Shown: piece by piece, positions 8,502 to 15,868 of the stretch
Position numbering within the stretch: position 1 is the stretch's first letter
Layout: the number at the start of each line of letters is the position of its first letter
Source of the DNA: Burkholderiales bacterium
Lineage (GTDB): Bacteria; Bacillota; Clostridia; Christensenellales; SZUA-584
Assembly (NCBI GenBank): GCA_050260375.1
Contig: JBLNCA010000037.1
Location: forward strand, 137,844-201,843
Length of the DNA: 64,000 bases
Direction of reading: 5' to 3'
Made by a program: the position numbers and the translations under genes
The notes under the pieces: generated by a model
The model's input: the letters and a program-made list of their open reading frames with translations, nothing else
Told to the model about the DNA's origin: nothing
Database searches by the model: none

Positions 8502-9968
8502 ATGTCTGGATTATTTTATGGACTTGAGATAGCAAAAACAGGGCTCTATGTCAGCCAGAAAGGCTTAAAGCTTTCCGGCAACAACGTAGCGAATGCCAAT
8601 ACGGAAGGATACACGCGTCAAAGGCTCGTTATAGAGTCTCTTTACCCGTCCGCGATGGGCCGTCTTAATATTGGCCTCAGGATTGGCGGCGGCGCGAGCG
8701 TTAAGCAGATCGATCAGATAAGAAGCGCGTATATAGACAGGCAGCTGCGCGGCCAGTATTCGGCGCTGGGCGAATGGAATACCCGTTCCACCGAGATGGA
8801 GTTCATCGCATCGCTGGTGGACGAGACGTCGGACGCCACGAGTCTGTCGTCGGCATTGGCGAGCTTTTATGACAGCTTAAGCAAGCTGGCAGAATATCCC
8901 GAGAGTTTGGAGATTCGAACAAACGTACAGCAGAACGCAATAAAACTGTGCGAGACGTTCAACTATTACTACAACCAGCTCGTCGATCAGCAAAACGCGT
9001 ACAATGACTCCATGCAGGTGACTGTAAACTCGATAAACAGCCTTACTCAGAGCATAGCCGACTATAACAAGCAGATATTCGGTTATGAGCTCAGCGGCCA
9101 GTCCGCAAACGAACTGCGCGACCAGCGCGCGCTGCTGGTTGACAAGCTGTCCCAACTCGTCAACATAGAGTATTCGGAGAATGAGCATGGCCAGCTTACG
9201 ATAACGACAAACGGGCAAACGCTGGTGAGCGATAACAATGCTACGATGCTGCAGACGAGCCCTGACGCTACCACAGGGTTCTACAATATACTCTTTGAAG
9301 GAGCGGATTTTAGCTACAGCAGCGGGGAACTTGAGGCTTACAGGATGCTGCGCGACGGTACAACCGTCGAAGAGATGGGCATTCCGTACCTGCTTTCCAA
9401 CTTAAATACGCTTGCGCAGAGTCTGGCGCAGTCTTTTAACGAGGTGCATGAGACAGGATATACCATACCTATAGGCACAGGGGCATCCTTAACGGGCATT
9501 CAATTCTTCAATGTGCCTGTCGGAGGGTATGCCGCGATAACCGCGGGCAACATAGCGCTTTCCGCCGAAGTGCTCGCCGACGGCAGAAACATAGCCGCTT
9601 CCGACGCTCCTATCGATCTCAACGCGGATGATACGGGTGTAGGAAATTACAAAATTGCGCAGAAATTGTACGAGCTTACTACAAGCAAGACCATAGCGGG
9701 AATAGGCAGCTTTGACGATTTCTTAAGCAGCTTCGTTGTACAGGTCGGCATAGCGTGCACAAGCGCCCGCGATATGAGCGAAAGCCAGACGGCTATAGTC
9801 GAAAATCTCGAGACGCGGCGCGAATCCATTTCCGGCGTATCGATAGACGACGAGATGATTAACCTGTTATCGTTCCAACATTCGTATGCCGCGGCGGCGC
9901 GTGTTATGACCGCAATAGATGAAGCGATTGGCATACTTATTAACAACACGGGCAGGGTAGGACTGTAA
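8502..9968 (+). CDS. flgK: Hook-associated protein 1 FlgK
   Basis: N-terminal GLKLSGNNVANANTEGYTRQ and C-terminal EMINLLSFQHSYAAAARVMT rod/hook-family motifs; 488 aa. Confidence 0.9.
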   Translation: MSGLFYGLEIAKTGLYVSQKGLKLSGNNVANANTEGYTRQRLVIESLYPSAMGRLNIGLRIGGGASVKQIDQIRSAYIDRQLRGQYSALGEWNTRSTEMEFIASLVDETSDATSLSSALASFYDSLSKLAEYPESLEIRTNVQQNAIKLCETFNYYYNQLVDQQNAYNDSMQVTVNSINSLTQSIADYNKQIFGYELSGQSANELRDQRALLVDKLSQLVNIEYSENEHGQLTITTNGQTLVSDNNATMLQTSPDATTGFYNILFEGADFSYSSGELEAYRMLRDGTTVEEMGIPYLLSNLNTLAQSLAQSFNEVHETGYTIPIGTGASLTGIQFFNVPVGGYAAITAGNIALSAEVLADGRNIAASDAPIDLNADDTGVGNYKIAQKLYELTTSKTIAGIGSFDDFLSSFVVQVGIACTSARDMSESQTAIVENLETRRESISGVSIDDEMINLLSFQHSYAAAARVMTAIDEAIGILINNTGRVGL

Positions 9969-9988
9969 TCCCTTATGGGAGGTAGAGC

Positions 9989-10924
9989 ATGCGTATAACC
10001 AGCAGGATGATGAAAAACGATTTTCTTAAGAATTTGAATACAAATCTTACGATACTTACGAAGTCTCAGAAGCAGATAGCGACGGGCAAAGTGTTAAATT
10101 CGATTGCGGACGATCCTATCAGGCTGATATCCAGCATGAACTGCAAGGTCAAGCTGGGAAGGACGCAGCGCTTTAGATCGTCGATTAGTTCGGCGCTCGA
10201 GTGGCTCGACCAAACCGAGTCTTCGGTATCCGAATTGAACAACATTTTAAAATCGGCTTATGAGACGGCCGTCAAGATGTCGAACGACGATTTGACGCTG
10301 GATGATAAAAATGCTGCTGCAGAACTTATTGCGCAGCTTCGCGACCATGTGCTGGGGCTGGGAAACAGCCAGGTGGGCGAGAGGTATATATTCGGCGGTT
10401 ACAACATTAACAAGCCGCCGTTTACAGCGGATGGAGCGGGAGGCATATTCTATAACGGCCTGGATCTTACGGACGAAACAAACGCGAGCCTGATAGCCGA
10501 AGGAAAAGAGAAGATACAGATTGAGCTGGGCTACAACGTTTCTATGGACATTTCGATAAACGGCACAGAACTTATGGGCACGGGCGACGGCAATATCTAT
10601 TCCATGCTCAACGACTTTTACAATGCACTGCGCAGCGACGCGGACGCAAGCGAGCTCGGCGGCTATATTACAAAGATACAGGACGCGCAGAGCAAGACGC
10701 TTTCAACGCTTTCCAAGGTGGGCGGCATGATAAACCGCATGGAACTGCTGGAGAACAGGTATGAGGAAGAACGCCTGACCTATACAGAGCTGAAGTCTAA
10801 AATTGAGGACGTTGACTTCGCCGAGGCGTACATGAACTACAACATGGCAAAAGCAGTATATGAGGCCGCGCTGCAGGTGGGAACGGAGATAACGCAGCGC
10901 ACAATACTCGATTACATGCGATAA
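9989..10924 (+). CDS. flgL: Hook-associated protein 3 FlgL
   Basis: Flagellin-like N- and C-termini (MRITSRMM..; DVDFAEAYMNYNMAKAVYEAALQVG). Follows flgK. Confidence 0.85.
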   Translation: MRITSRMMKNDFLKNLNTNLTILTKSQKQIATGKVLNSIADDPIRLISSMNCKVKLGRTQRFRSSISSALEWLDQTESSVSELNNILKSAYETAVKMSNDDLTLDDKNAAAELIAQLRDHVLGLGNSQVGERYIFGGYNINKPPFTADGAGGIFYNGLDLTDETNASLIAEGKEKIQIELGYNVSMDISINGTELMGTGDGNIYSMLNDFYNALRSDADASELGGYITKIQDAQSKTLSTLSKVGGMINRMELLENRYEEERLTYTELKSKIEDVDFAEAYMNYNMAKAVYEAALQVGTEITQRTILDYMR

Positions 10925-10993
10925 GTAAAGTATAACTCCAAAAACCGGCGGCTTTTGGCGATATATACTTGAAACACAGGAGGAATATGCGGT

Positions 10994-11476
10994 ATGATAA
11001 TTGATACCAGCAGATTTGGTTCGTTCGATATAAATGATAATAAAATCATTGATTTTCCGTGGGGCCTGCCGGGTTTTGAAGATCTTCATAAGTTCGTTAT
11101 ACTTGAAGTGAGCAACACGAAGCCCATATACTGGCTGCAGTCTACCGAGAACAAATATATAGCCCTGCCGGTCATAGTATCGTTTGAGGTGCTCAGCGAT
11201 TACAGCATATACATAAAGGAGCACGAGCTTGAAGGGCTGTATGTGGAAAGCAAGAACGATCTTCTGATATTGAACGTTACGGTGATACCGGAAGATATAA
11301 AGAAAATGACGATAAACCTTGCCGCTCCTATAGTGATCAACGTAAAGCACGGCATTGGAAAGCAGATAATAATAGACGCAAAAGAACTGCCGATACGGTT
11401 TCCGGGATATGAAGCCGTCATGAACAGCATAAAAGGAGGCAAAAGCAATGCTGGTACTCTCTCGGAAAACGGGTGA
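10994..11476 (+). CDS. fliW: FliW, flagellar assembly factor / CsrA antagonist
   Basis: FGSFDINDNKIIDFPWGLPGFEDLHKFVILE and LAAPIVINV motifs. Lies directly upstream of csrA. Confidence 0.9.
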   Translation: MIIDTSRFGSFDINDNKIIDFPWGLPGFEDLHKFVILEVSNTKPIYWLQSTENKYIALPVIVSFEVLSDYSIYIKEHELEGLYVESKNDLLILNVTVIPEDIKKMTINLAAPIVINVKHGIGKQIIIDAKELPIRFPGYEAVMNSIKGGKSNAGTLSENG

Positions 11477-11660
11477 AGGCATTGTCCTTGACAAGGACAT
11501 AACGATAGACATACTTTCGATTGACGGCGACAGGATACGTATTGGTATACAAGCCCCGAGAGAGATGCGTATCTTCCGCAAGGAACTGCTGGAAGAAACG
11601 ATAGACATAAACAGGTCGGCTATAAACGCGCCTGTGGTCGTCTTAAACAAGGATGAATAA
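11448..11660 (+). CDS. csrA: CsrA translational regulator
   Basis: MLVLSRKTGEGIVL..IRIGIQAPREMRIFRKEL. Its RBS (GGAGG) lies inside the fliW 3' end, and the genes overlap by 29 nt. Confidence 0.95.
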   Translation: MLVLSRKTGEGIVLDKDITIDILSIDGDRIRIGIQAPREMRIFRKELLEETIDINRSAINAPVVVLNKDE

Positions 11661-11681
11661 ATTCAGCTATACGATAATAAA

Positions 11682-11706
11682 GCACTGAGTAAACTCGGTG
11701 CTTTTT
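11682..11706 (+). terminator. Intrinsic terminator after csrA
   Basis: GCACTGAG-taaa-CTCGGTGC stem followed by TTTTT. Confidence 0.75.
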
Positions 11707-11845
11707 CGTTAGCATAGAAAAACCACATGCTAAGTGTAAGGGGTAAAAAGCAACTAATACCATAAAAGTGACTAATACCATAAAACAGGCTTTTACAGAC
11801 AAAAGCCCATGTTTCGTTCAGAGGAGCGAAGCGACGAAGAATCTT

Positions 11846-11971
11846 AATACGGGGTCCCCATAAAGTTAAAGCTTTATGGGGTGTAAATACGGGGTCCCCA
11901 AAAAGACGTGAGGCTTTATGGGGTGTGAATGCGGGGTCCCCGGCAGGACGTGAGGCTTGTTGGGGTGTGGG
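11846..11971. repeat. Three tandem ~40-nt hairpin repeats (REP/BIME-like)
   Basis: Unit is AATACGGGGTCCCCAWAAAG-loop-CTTTATGGGGTGT. Units 1 and 2 have 10-bp stems; unit 3 is degenerate. Confidence 0.85.
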
Positions 11972-12764
11972 ACCTATACGATTAGCGGAACCGTAATATG
12001 CCGCGAGGTTGTCCGCTAAGAGCCATATAGGGTTTAAGAAAAACCAGCCCATTAAAGTGCGGATGTTTATTAGCAGTTCATTAGCCGTACTGTTCATGAA
12101 ACTGCGAGAGTGTGACATTGTGCGCGCTAAGTGAAGAAGTAACGGGCGTTGTCTAAGAGAGAGCAAAACGGCTGCGCAGAGGGCTTAGGGCTGCAAGCCG
12201 CTTTTTAGATTTCCGCCGCTGCTGCCGCCTACGGCTCGGCATCATCATGTACTATTCGCGCCGACTGCCGCTATTCCTCTTGCCATCCGGTCCGCTATGC
12301 GGGAGCATGCGAAGGATCCGCTGTATCAGATGCCAAACGAGATTCCTCACTGCGTTCGGAATGGCAGTAAAACACGTGCCTTTTGTGAGGCTCCACAAGG
12401 CCTTTTACTGCTCGCAATAGCCGCCTGACGCAGACCGTTGGTATTCTGCTCGTCCAGCTGACAGACAGAGCTTCCCGGCTTGCTTTATACGCTTCTTAAG
12501 GCCTCGCTTACGGTTTCTCTGAAGTGATCACCTGAAGCGAAGACACGACGTACCTTGTTGGCATCCCGGTATGGCATTAGTTTTACTGCATAAGATATGG
12601 CCGGGCAACCCGGTGCGGGGGAGTATCCACGTAATACACTTCAAACGGGATTTCCGTTCCTCCGGTCATTTAAGCTCGAAATAACCATGCATTATCTGCA
12701 CTGCAATAAACGAACTAAAAAGTAAATCGGCCGGGCTGCCCGCGGGCTATGTTTTAGGCAAATT

Positions 12765-12791
12765 AAAAAACCCGCCGGAGCGGGTTTTTTT
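12765..12791 (-). terminator. Bidirectional intrinsic terminator downstream of flagellin
   Basis: AAAAAA-CCCGCcggaGCGGG-TTTTTTT, 47 nt past the flagellin stop codon. Confidence 0.85.
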
Positions 12792-12837
12792 ACTATGAAG
12801 AACTGGGGGTAATCCAGACTCTCCAAAATCGGATTCG

Positions 12838-13971
12838 TTACTGCAGCAGCTTGAGAACATTCTGCGGAGCCGCGTTGGCCTGAGCCAGCATCGACGTAGC
12901 AGCCTGCACCAGTATGCTGTTCTGCGTATAGTTCGTCATTTCCGCCGCCATATCTATATCGCGGATACGGCTTTCTGCAGCCTGCAGGTTTTCGGAAGAC
13001 GTGTCGAGGTTGTTGATCTTGTGCTCGAGCCTGTTCTGGTAGGCGCCGAGGTTCGCGCGCTGAGTGGATACTGTGTTAATGGCCGTATTGACTGCTGATA
13101 TAGCCAGTGCGGCATTTTCAGCCGTATCGATGCTCAGAGTGGATACGCCGAGAGCCGCCGAGTCCATATCGCCGATCGATATGCCCATGGTCTGCCCTTC
13201 GTTGGCGCCCGTCTGGATATTGGCCGATCCGACAGTTACGTTGAAAACGAGTGTAGTATTAGCAAATGCGGCATGCGTAGCGTCGAAATCGAACGTTATA
13301 GAACCGATTTCGCCGTTCGCGCCAAAGCTGATCGTGAACGGGCCGTCTTGAGCGGCTGGGTCTGCGGCAACGAATGTGTAGGTGGTGGCACCCAAATCTC
13401 CGCCGGACAGTGTCCACGTAGTGGTAGCCAAATCATACGTAGCCGTATAGTCCGTAGCACTGGAAGCAAAGCCATCAAATTTGATGCTCTTTATGCCGTT
13501 GGCGTATTCCTGGATACCGCTTGCTGCTTGGATATCAACCTTCTGACCGAACGTGCCGTTGAGCAGCTTCATGTCGTTGAACGTTGTGTCCTGCGCTATG
13601 TCGTCGATCTCTTCGATGAGCTGTGCAAACTCGGCCTGCAGGGCTACGCGGTCAACCAAGTCTTCGTTCGTTGCCGAAGCCGACTGTACCGCCAGCTCGC
13701 GCATACGCTGAAGTATCGACTGGGTTTCGGTGAGAGCGCCTTCCGCTGTCTGCACCAGCGATATCGCGTCTTCGCTGTTCTTGGAAGCCATCTTGAGGCC
13801 TCTTATCTGGGCGCGCATTTTCTCGGATATTGCGAGACCGGCCGCGTCGTCGCCGGCGGTGTTGATCTTGTAACCTGAGGACAATTTAGCCGCAGATTTC
13901 GCCATCGAACTGTTGTTTACCGTGTACTGACGATGCGTGTTGATCGCCATAATGTTGTTGTTGATTCTCAT
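12838..13971 (-). CDS. fliC: Flagellin
   Basis: MRINNNIMAINTHRQ..GDDAAGLAISEKMRAQIRGL at the N-terminus, SMLAQANAAPQNVLKLLQ at the C-terminus, and a variable Thr/Ala/Gly-rich middle; 377 aa. Confidence 0.95.
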   Translation of the reverse strand: MRINNNIMAINTHRQYTVNNSSMAKSAAKLSSGYKINTAGDDAAGLAISEKMRAQIRGLKMASKNSEDAISLVQTAEGALTETQSILQRMRELAVQSASATNEDLVDRVALQAEFAQLIEEIDDIAQDTTFNDMKLLNGTFGQKVDIQAASGIQEYANGIKSIKFDGFASSATDYTATYDLATTTWTLSGGDLGATTYTFVAADPAAQDGPFTISFGANGEIGSITFDFDATHAAFANTTLVFNVTVGSANIQTGANEGQTMGISIGDMDSAALGVSTLSIDTAENAALAISAVNTAINTVSTQRANLGAYQNRLEHKINNLDTSSENLQAAESRIRDIDMAAEMTNYTQNSILVQAATSMLAQANAAPQNVLKLLQ

Positions 13972-13976
13972 ACTTT

Positions 13977-14009
13977 TTCCTCCGTGATTTTTTAAATTTG
14001 CATCCTTGC
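13977..14009 (-). promoter_or_regulatory. Two CsrA-type GGA sites in the flagellin 5' leader
   Basis: On the minus strand, GCAAGGATGC places AGGA in a short hairpin loop, and CACGGAGGA overlaps the Shine-Dalgarno sequence. Confidence 0.6.
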
Positions 14010-14073
14010 ATAATCGAGAGGCTTTACGACGCTCTTGTGGCGCCTTGAAGCGCGCCGTGTACCCTCGTTATAT

Positions 14074-14101
14074 ATTATCGGTTTTAATTCGGAATACTTT
14101 A
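14074..14101 (-). promoter_or_regulatory. Sigma-28 promoter of flagellin
   Basis: The minus strand reads TAAA-N15-aCCGATAA, a near-perfect match to TAAA-N15-GCCGATAA/T. It predicts a ~95-nt leader. Confidence 0.8.
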
Positions 14102-14130
14102 ATAGATTTTGTAAATTTAAGCATCATTTT

Positions 14131-14159
14131 TTGATTCAAATCCCAAAAACGAGTTTATA
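14131..14159 (+). promoter_or_regulatory. Candidate sigma-A promoter for the fliF block
   Basis: TTGATT-N17-TTTATA. The -10 element is weak. Confidence 0.3.
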
Positions 14160-14187
14160 TAGAATGTACATCGCTAGAAATTCGTGT

Positions 14188-14236
14188 CCCAAAAAGATTT
14201 TTCAGGGCGACAGTACTGAAAAATCGTTTTTTGGGG
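14188..14236. repeat. Long inverted repeat in the fliF leader
   Basis: CCCAAAAAGATTTTTCAG, a 10-nt loop, then CTGAAAAATCGTTTTTTGGG (one bulge). Each arm is followed by GGCGAC. Confidence 0.8.
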
Positions 14237-14285
14237 CGACAACAAAGGATTCCAAAGGGAACCTAGGGGGTAGTGAGGTAAAACT

Positions 14286-15863
14286 TTGGCAAACGTTAAA
14301 GGCATACTTGATAAAATAGTCGGTTATTTTAAAAAGATGGATTCAGGGAAACGGAAACGTCTGATAGTTCTCGTTTCCCTGATTTTCGTCGTTATCATCG
14401 TTGTGTCCGTACTGTTGAATCAAAAGACGTATACCGTGCTTTACAGCGGCATGGAGCGCTCAGATACGGCTCAGGTGCTGTCGCTGCTTCAGGAGATGGG
14501 AGTGGACGCAAAGACCGAGGGCGAGGATACGGTGCTGATATCCGGCAGCGACGTGGATACGATAAGGCTGGAGCTCGCCTCCAAAGGGTATCCCACGAGC
14601 GGGCTTAACTACGATATATACAAGGGCGCATCCGGACTCGGAGTAACCGATACCGAAAAGAATATATACTATCAGTACCAGCAGCAGGAGAACATACGGC
14701 AGACTATAAGGCAAATGAGCAAGGTCGAGGACGCGGTAGTAAATCTCGACCTGGGCGAAGACAGCTCTTTTGTGCTTTCCGATAATAATAAGGAAGCAAC
14801 CGCTTCCGTAATGCTGACGCTCAAAAAAGGAGCGAAGCTTGAAAAAGCCGAAGTGAACGCGATAGCGGAGCTTGTCTGCAAGAGCATATCGGGCCTTAAG
14901 CCGGAAAACGTTACGATAGTTGATTCGCAGATGGTGCTGTACTCCGTCGGGGAACAGGACGAGGTGGATAACGCCGATACGCAGCTTGCGCTGCAAAACA
15001 ACGTAAAGGCGCAGTACCAGCAGCAGATAATAGACCTCCTCGCGCCCGTGTTCGGAAAAGAGAACGTCATAGCGCAGGTTAACGTTACGCTGAACTTTGA
15101 TAAAACCAAATCCGAATCCGTAGAGTATTCGGCGCCCGAAGGCCGCGAGGAAGGGCTCGTTACCAGCATGAGGGAGCTCGTCGAAGCGATAAAGAACGAC
15201 GGCGCGGGCGGCATACCGGGCATAGATTCTAACGGCAACGCTTCGCAGTACCTGGCGTCGCTCGATACATCCGACGCAGTGTACTACAACGTGTCGCGTG
15301 AAGTAAACTATGAAATCAACCAGACGACTACTCAGATTGAGCAGGCGCAGGGACAGGTAAAAGACATTTCCGTTTCCGTTGTGCTCAACAGCGAAAACAC
15401 CGGAAACTATGCTGATGAGGTCACGCAGCTCGTATCTACGGCGACAGGGGCAAAGCCTGAGAACGTAACGGTTAAAGCGCTGCCGTTTGCCGAGGCGGAC
15501 ACCCTTCCCGACGAAATGGCGACGTCGCTTGAAGTACAGCAAAAAATAATCAGCGACGCTCAGAGCGCCGAGACCACAAGGCTGATAATACTTGTCATAG
15601 GCGGCGTCATAGTTGCGATATTCCTCTTCTCCATAATAAAAATGCTTATACCGAAGAAGGAGGAAGAGATGCAGGAAGCCGAAGGTTTTGAGCTCATCGC
15701 CGACGAGGAGATAATACCGGGCGCGGAGCCTGTGGCGGAAATCGACGCCAAAGAGATTGATTTTGAAGCAAAGGACGACAATTTGTCCGTCTTGAAAGAA
15801 TACGTAAACAAGAATCCCGAGTCGATTGCCAACATGCTGCGCAATTGGCTCAATGAAGATTAA
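14286..15863 (+). CDS. fliF: FliF, MS-ring protein
   Basis: N-terminal TM, ring-building region (LSLLQEMGVDAKTEGEDTVLISGSDVDTIRLELASKGYP), C-terminal TM and an acidic tail (ESIANMLRNWLNED). TTG start. Confidence 0.9.
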   Translation: MANVKGILDKIVGYFKKMDSGKRKRLIVLVSLIFVVIIVVSVLLNQKTYTVLYSGMERSDTAQVLSLLQEMGVDAKTEGEDTVLISGSDVDTIRLELASKGYPTSGLNYDIYKGASGLGVTDTEKNIYYQYQQQENIRQTIRQMSKVEDAVVNLDLGEDSSFVLSDNNKEATASVMLTLKKGAKLEKAEVNAIAELVCKSISGLKPENVTIVDSQMVLYSVGEQDEVDNADTQLALQNNVKAQYQQQIIDLLAPVFGKENVIAQVNVTLNFDKTKSESVEYSAPEGREEGLVTSMRELVEAIKNDGAGGIPGIDSNGNASQYLASLDTSDAVYYNVSREVNYEINQTTTQIEQAQGQVKDISVSVVLNSENTGNYADEVTQLVSTATGAKPENVTVKALPFAEADTLPDEMATSLEVQQKIISDAQSAETTRLIILVIGGVIVAIFLFSIIKMLIPKKEEEMQEAEGFELIADEEIIPGAEPVAEIDAKEIDFEAKDDNLSVLKEYVNKNPESIANMLRNWLNED

Positions 15864-15868
15864 AGCAG

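Noticed and set aside
11375-11400. TAAT-N16-CCGATAC inside fliW, considered as an internal sigma-28 promoter for csrA.
   Set aside because: The -35 element is imperfect, the site is within coding sequence, and the match is too weak to call without TSS data.
11846-11971. Possible CRISPR array.
   Set aside because: The ~40-nt units are directly adjacent with no spacers. There are only three units, no cas genes are in the window, and copies occur singly and inverted elsewhere.
11663-12166. A 167-aa minus-strand ORF in the csrA-fliC gap.
   Set aside because: It reads straight through the tandem hairpin repeats (giving repeated DPxFTPHKA peptides) and across the csrA terminator. It has no RBS and implausible composition.
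12118-12760. An ORF-less group II intron (GTGCGCG at 12118) or another known large RNA such as tmRNA, RNase P or OLE.
   Set aside because: I could not find a domain V-like GAGCCGTAT...ACGGTTC hairpin, tmRNA or RNase P conserved blocks, or any other signature I know. The region is left as an unexplained structured region.
14160-14285. A c-di-GMP riboswitch or invertible flagellar switch in the fliF leader, by analogy with C. difficile flgB.
   Set aside because: There is no GEMM-like conserved sequence. The only inverted repeat is a single hairpin with a 10-nt loop, not repeats flanking an invertible segment, and no recombinase gene is nearby.
14035-14319. A 94-aa ORF covering the fliC-fliF intergenic region.
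   Set aside because: It spans the sigma-28 promoter, the inverted repeat and the fliF RBS. It is a low-complexity AT-rich translation with no start context.
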